From positions 1 through 27,173 of the IMG/VR virus record IMGVR_UViG_3300037506_000029: a DNA stretch of 27,173 bases; one strand, 5' to 3'. Made by a program: the position numbers and the translations under genes. This DNA is from a virus (lineage: Duplodnaviria > Caudoviricetes). Shown here piece after piece: positions 25,922 to 27,173 of this stretch. The notes beneath the pieces are model-generated. The model did no database searches, was not told where the DNA came from, and was given only the letters and a program-made list of their open reading frames with translations. The stretch's first letter is position 1; each line of letters opens with the position of its first letter.

Positions 25922-26815
25922 TTACTTGGGCACAACGGTGTGCCCATCCGTCTTGGTGTCTTTCAAGTCGGCCCCTGTCAGGTTGGCCCCTTCCAGGTTA
26001 GTCCATCTCAGGTCGGCCCCTGTCAGGTCGGCCCCTGCCAGGTGGGCTCCTCTCAGGTCGGTCCCTCCCAGGTCGGCCCCTGCCAGGTTGGCCCCTCTCA
26101 GGTCGGCCTCTCTCAGGTTGGCCCCTCTCAGGTCGGTCCCTTCCAGGTCGGCCCCTGTCAGGTCGGTCCCTTCCAGGTTGGCCCCTTTCAGGTCGACCCC
26201 TGTCAGGTCGGCCCCTCTCAGGTTGGCTCCTTCCAGGCAGGCTCCTTCCATGTTAGTCCATCTCAGGTCGACCCCTCTCAGGTCAGCTTGACACAAGTTG
26301 GCCCCTCTCAGGTCGGCCTCTCTCAGGTTGGCCCCTCTCAGGCTAGTCCATCTCAGGCCAGCACTTTCCAGGATAGCCCTTTCTAGGTCAGCTCCTCTCA
26401 GGTCAGCCCCTCTCAGGTCAGCTTGACACAAGGAAGCCTGCGACAGGTCGGCCCCTTCCAAGTTGGCCCAACTGATGTTGGCTTCGGGATCGAAGCTCCT
26501 TTCGCTTGCTGCCAGGAAAGCCCTGATCCTGGCATCCTTGCCGGCAAGATCATGGTCCTTGGTAATCTCCTGATCCAAGCGGATCGATGAAGATACTGCC
26601 TTGTTCCCCTCTTCATCGATCACATCCTTGGTTGAGATTAAGAACAGTTTTGATCCCGGCATCCACCACTGGAGGGGACTGGTGGTGGAATGGTAGCCAT
26701 TCTTGCAGAGTTTGGCATTGTTGATCTCAGGAGTCCATTCCCCCAGAGGAGGGTAAGTATAATCCCCTCCGTGGCAGGATTTGTGATCAACTAGCACTTT
26801 GAATCGGTAATTCAT
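25922..26815 (-). CDS. Pentapeptide-repeat protein with an N-terminal globular domain
   Basis: More than 30 A(D/N)LxG repeats (15-bp DNA period, about 25960-26480); N-terminal SCHGG...GEW...LCKNGYH; AGGAGG RBS. Confidence 0.92.
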   Translation of the reverse strand: MNYRFKVLVDHKSCHGGDYTYPPLGEWTPEINNAKLCKNGYHSTTSPLQWWMPGSKLFLISTKDVIDEEGNKAVSSSIRLDQEITKDHDLAGKDARIRAFLAASERSFDPEANISWANLEGADLSQASLCQADLRGADLRGADLERAILESAGLRWTSLRGANLREADLRGANLCQADLRGVDLRWTNMEGACLEGANLRGADLTGVDLKGANLEGTDLTGADLEGTDLRGANLREADLRGANLAGADLGGTDLRGAHLAGADLTGADLRWTNLEGANLTGADLKDTKTDGHTVVPK

Positions 26816-26836
26816 TGGGAACCTCCTTTTATTTGA

Positions 26837-26853
26837 GACTGTATGATACAGTC
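26837..26853. promoter_or_regulatory. Palindromic operator-like site overlapping a TTGACT -35-like box
   Basis: GACTGTAT-G-ATACAGTC is a perfect 8-bp inverted repeat about 20 nt upstream of the pentapeptide gene start. Confidence 0.5.
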
Positions 26854-27173
26854 AAAGGATTAGGCAAGACCTAGATGAGCGACGATTCGTTCCCTTGTTG
26901 TTTCGTTCCAACACCCAAGGCAACCATGGTCGCACCCGAAGAGAAAGCCGGAAATGGACGATCCACATAGTGTACAGATCTATAGGCTGTTGTCAGTTGC
27001 CATGCAGCTGGAAGTGGGGCTTGCAAGGCCCCAGGTATAATCCATTACAGACGGATCATCTTCTCTTTGTTCGTGAAATGTTGCCGTCTTTTGAGCATAC
27101 ACACAGCAGAACCATTACCAGTATTCACTCCCCAGGAACACGCGGTACAACTTGTGGCCAAGACTGTCTGTTC

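Noticed and set aside
25823-26386. Plus-strand QVGP and RSAP repeat ORFs; possible DGR repeats
   Set aside because: These are antisense shadows of the pentapeptide gene. No reverse transcriptase or adenine-specific TR/VR pair was seen.
26839-26851. LexA SOS box
   Set aside because: The site is CTGT-N5-ACAG, not the CTGT-N8-ACAG spacing of the gammaproteobacterial box.
26860-27173. Partial CDS or structured RNA at the right edge
   Set aside because: The minus-strand frames examined are short with no recognisable motif, and no tRNA-like structure was seen.

Overview
This window is a segment of a large dsDNA phage (or phage-like element), with essentially all genes on the minus strand. It encodes a near-complete replication/recombination module: SNF2 helicase, TOPRIM primase, RNase H, an initiator with internal iterons, DnaB-like helicase, ParB-like protein, beta-clamp, a family-A DNA polymerase split into UDG+3'-5' exonuclease and polymerase genes, DnaX-like clamp loader, UvsY-like, gp32-like SSB, RecA/UvsX, resolvase, a half-length SbcC and SbcD. 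It also carries an MTase, MazG, a SLOG protein, an ISL3 remnant and a pentapeptide-repeat protein. The main unannotated signal is a disrupted stand-alone RAMP/Cas7-like gene (1264-1916), which the ORF track shows only as fragments. It is flanked on both sides by tracts with 5-nt periodicity (conserved KGY triplet plus a variable dinucleotide), and a third such tract lies between SSB and RecA. This architecture resembles phage VIPR-type RNA-guided systems, but here TGC is the dominant triplet. A second unexplained pattern is a dispersed family of short M(K/R)(L/I)PxW.. Ser/Arg/Trp-rich ORFs linked to a GGTCGN hexamer tract and a duplicated small gene. All family calls come from motif recognition by eye; no searches were run.
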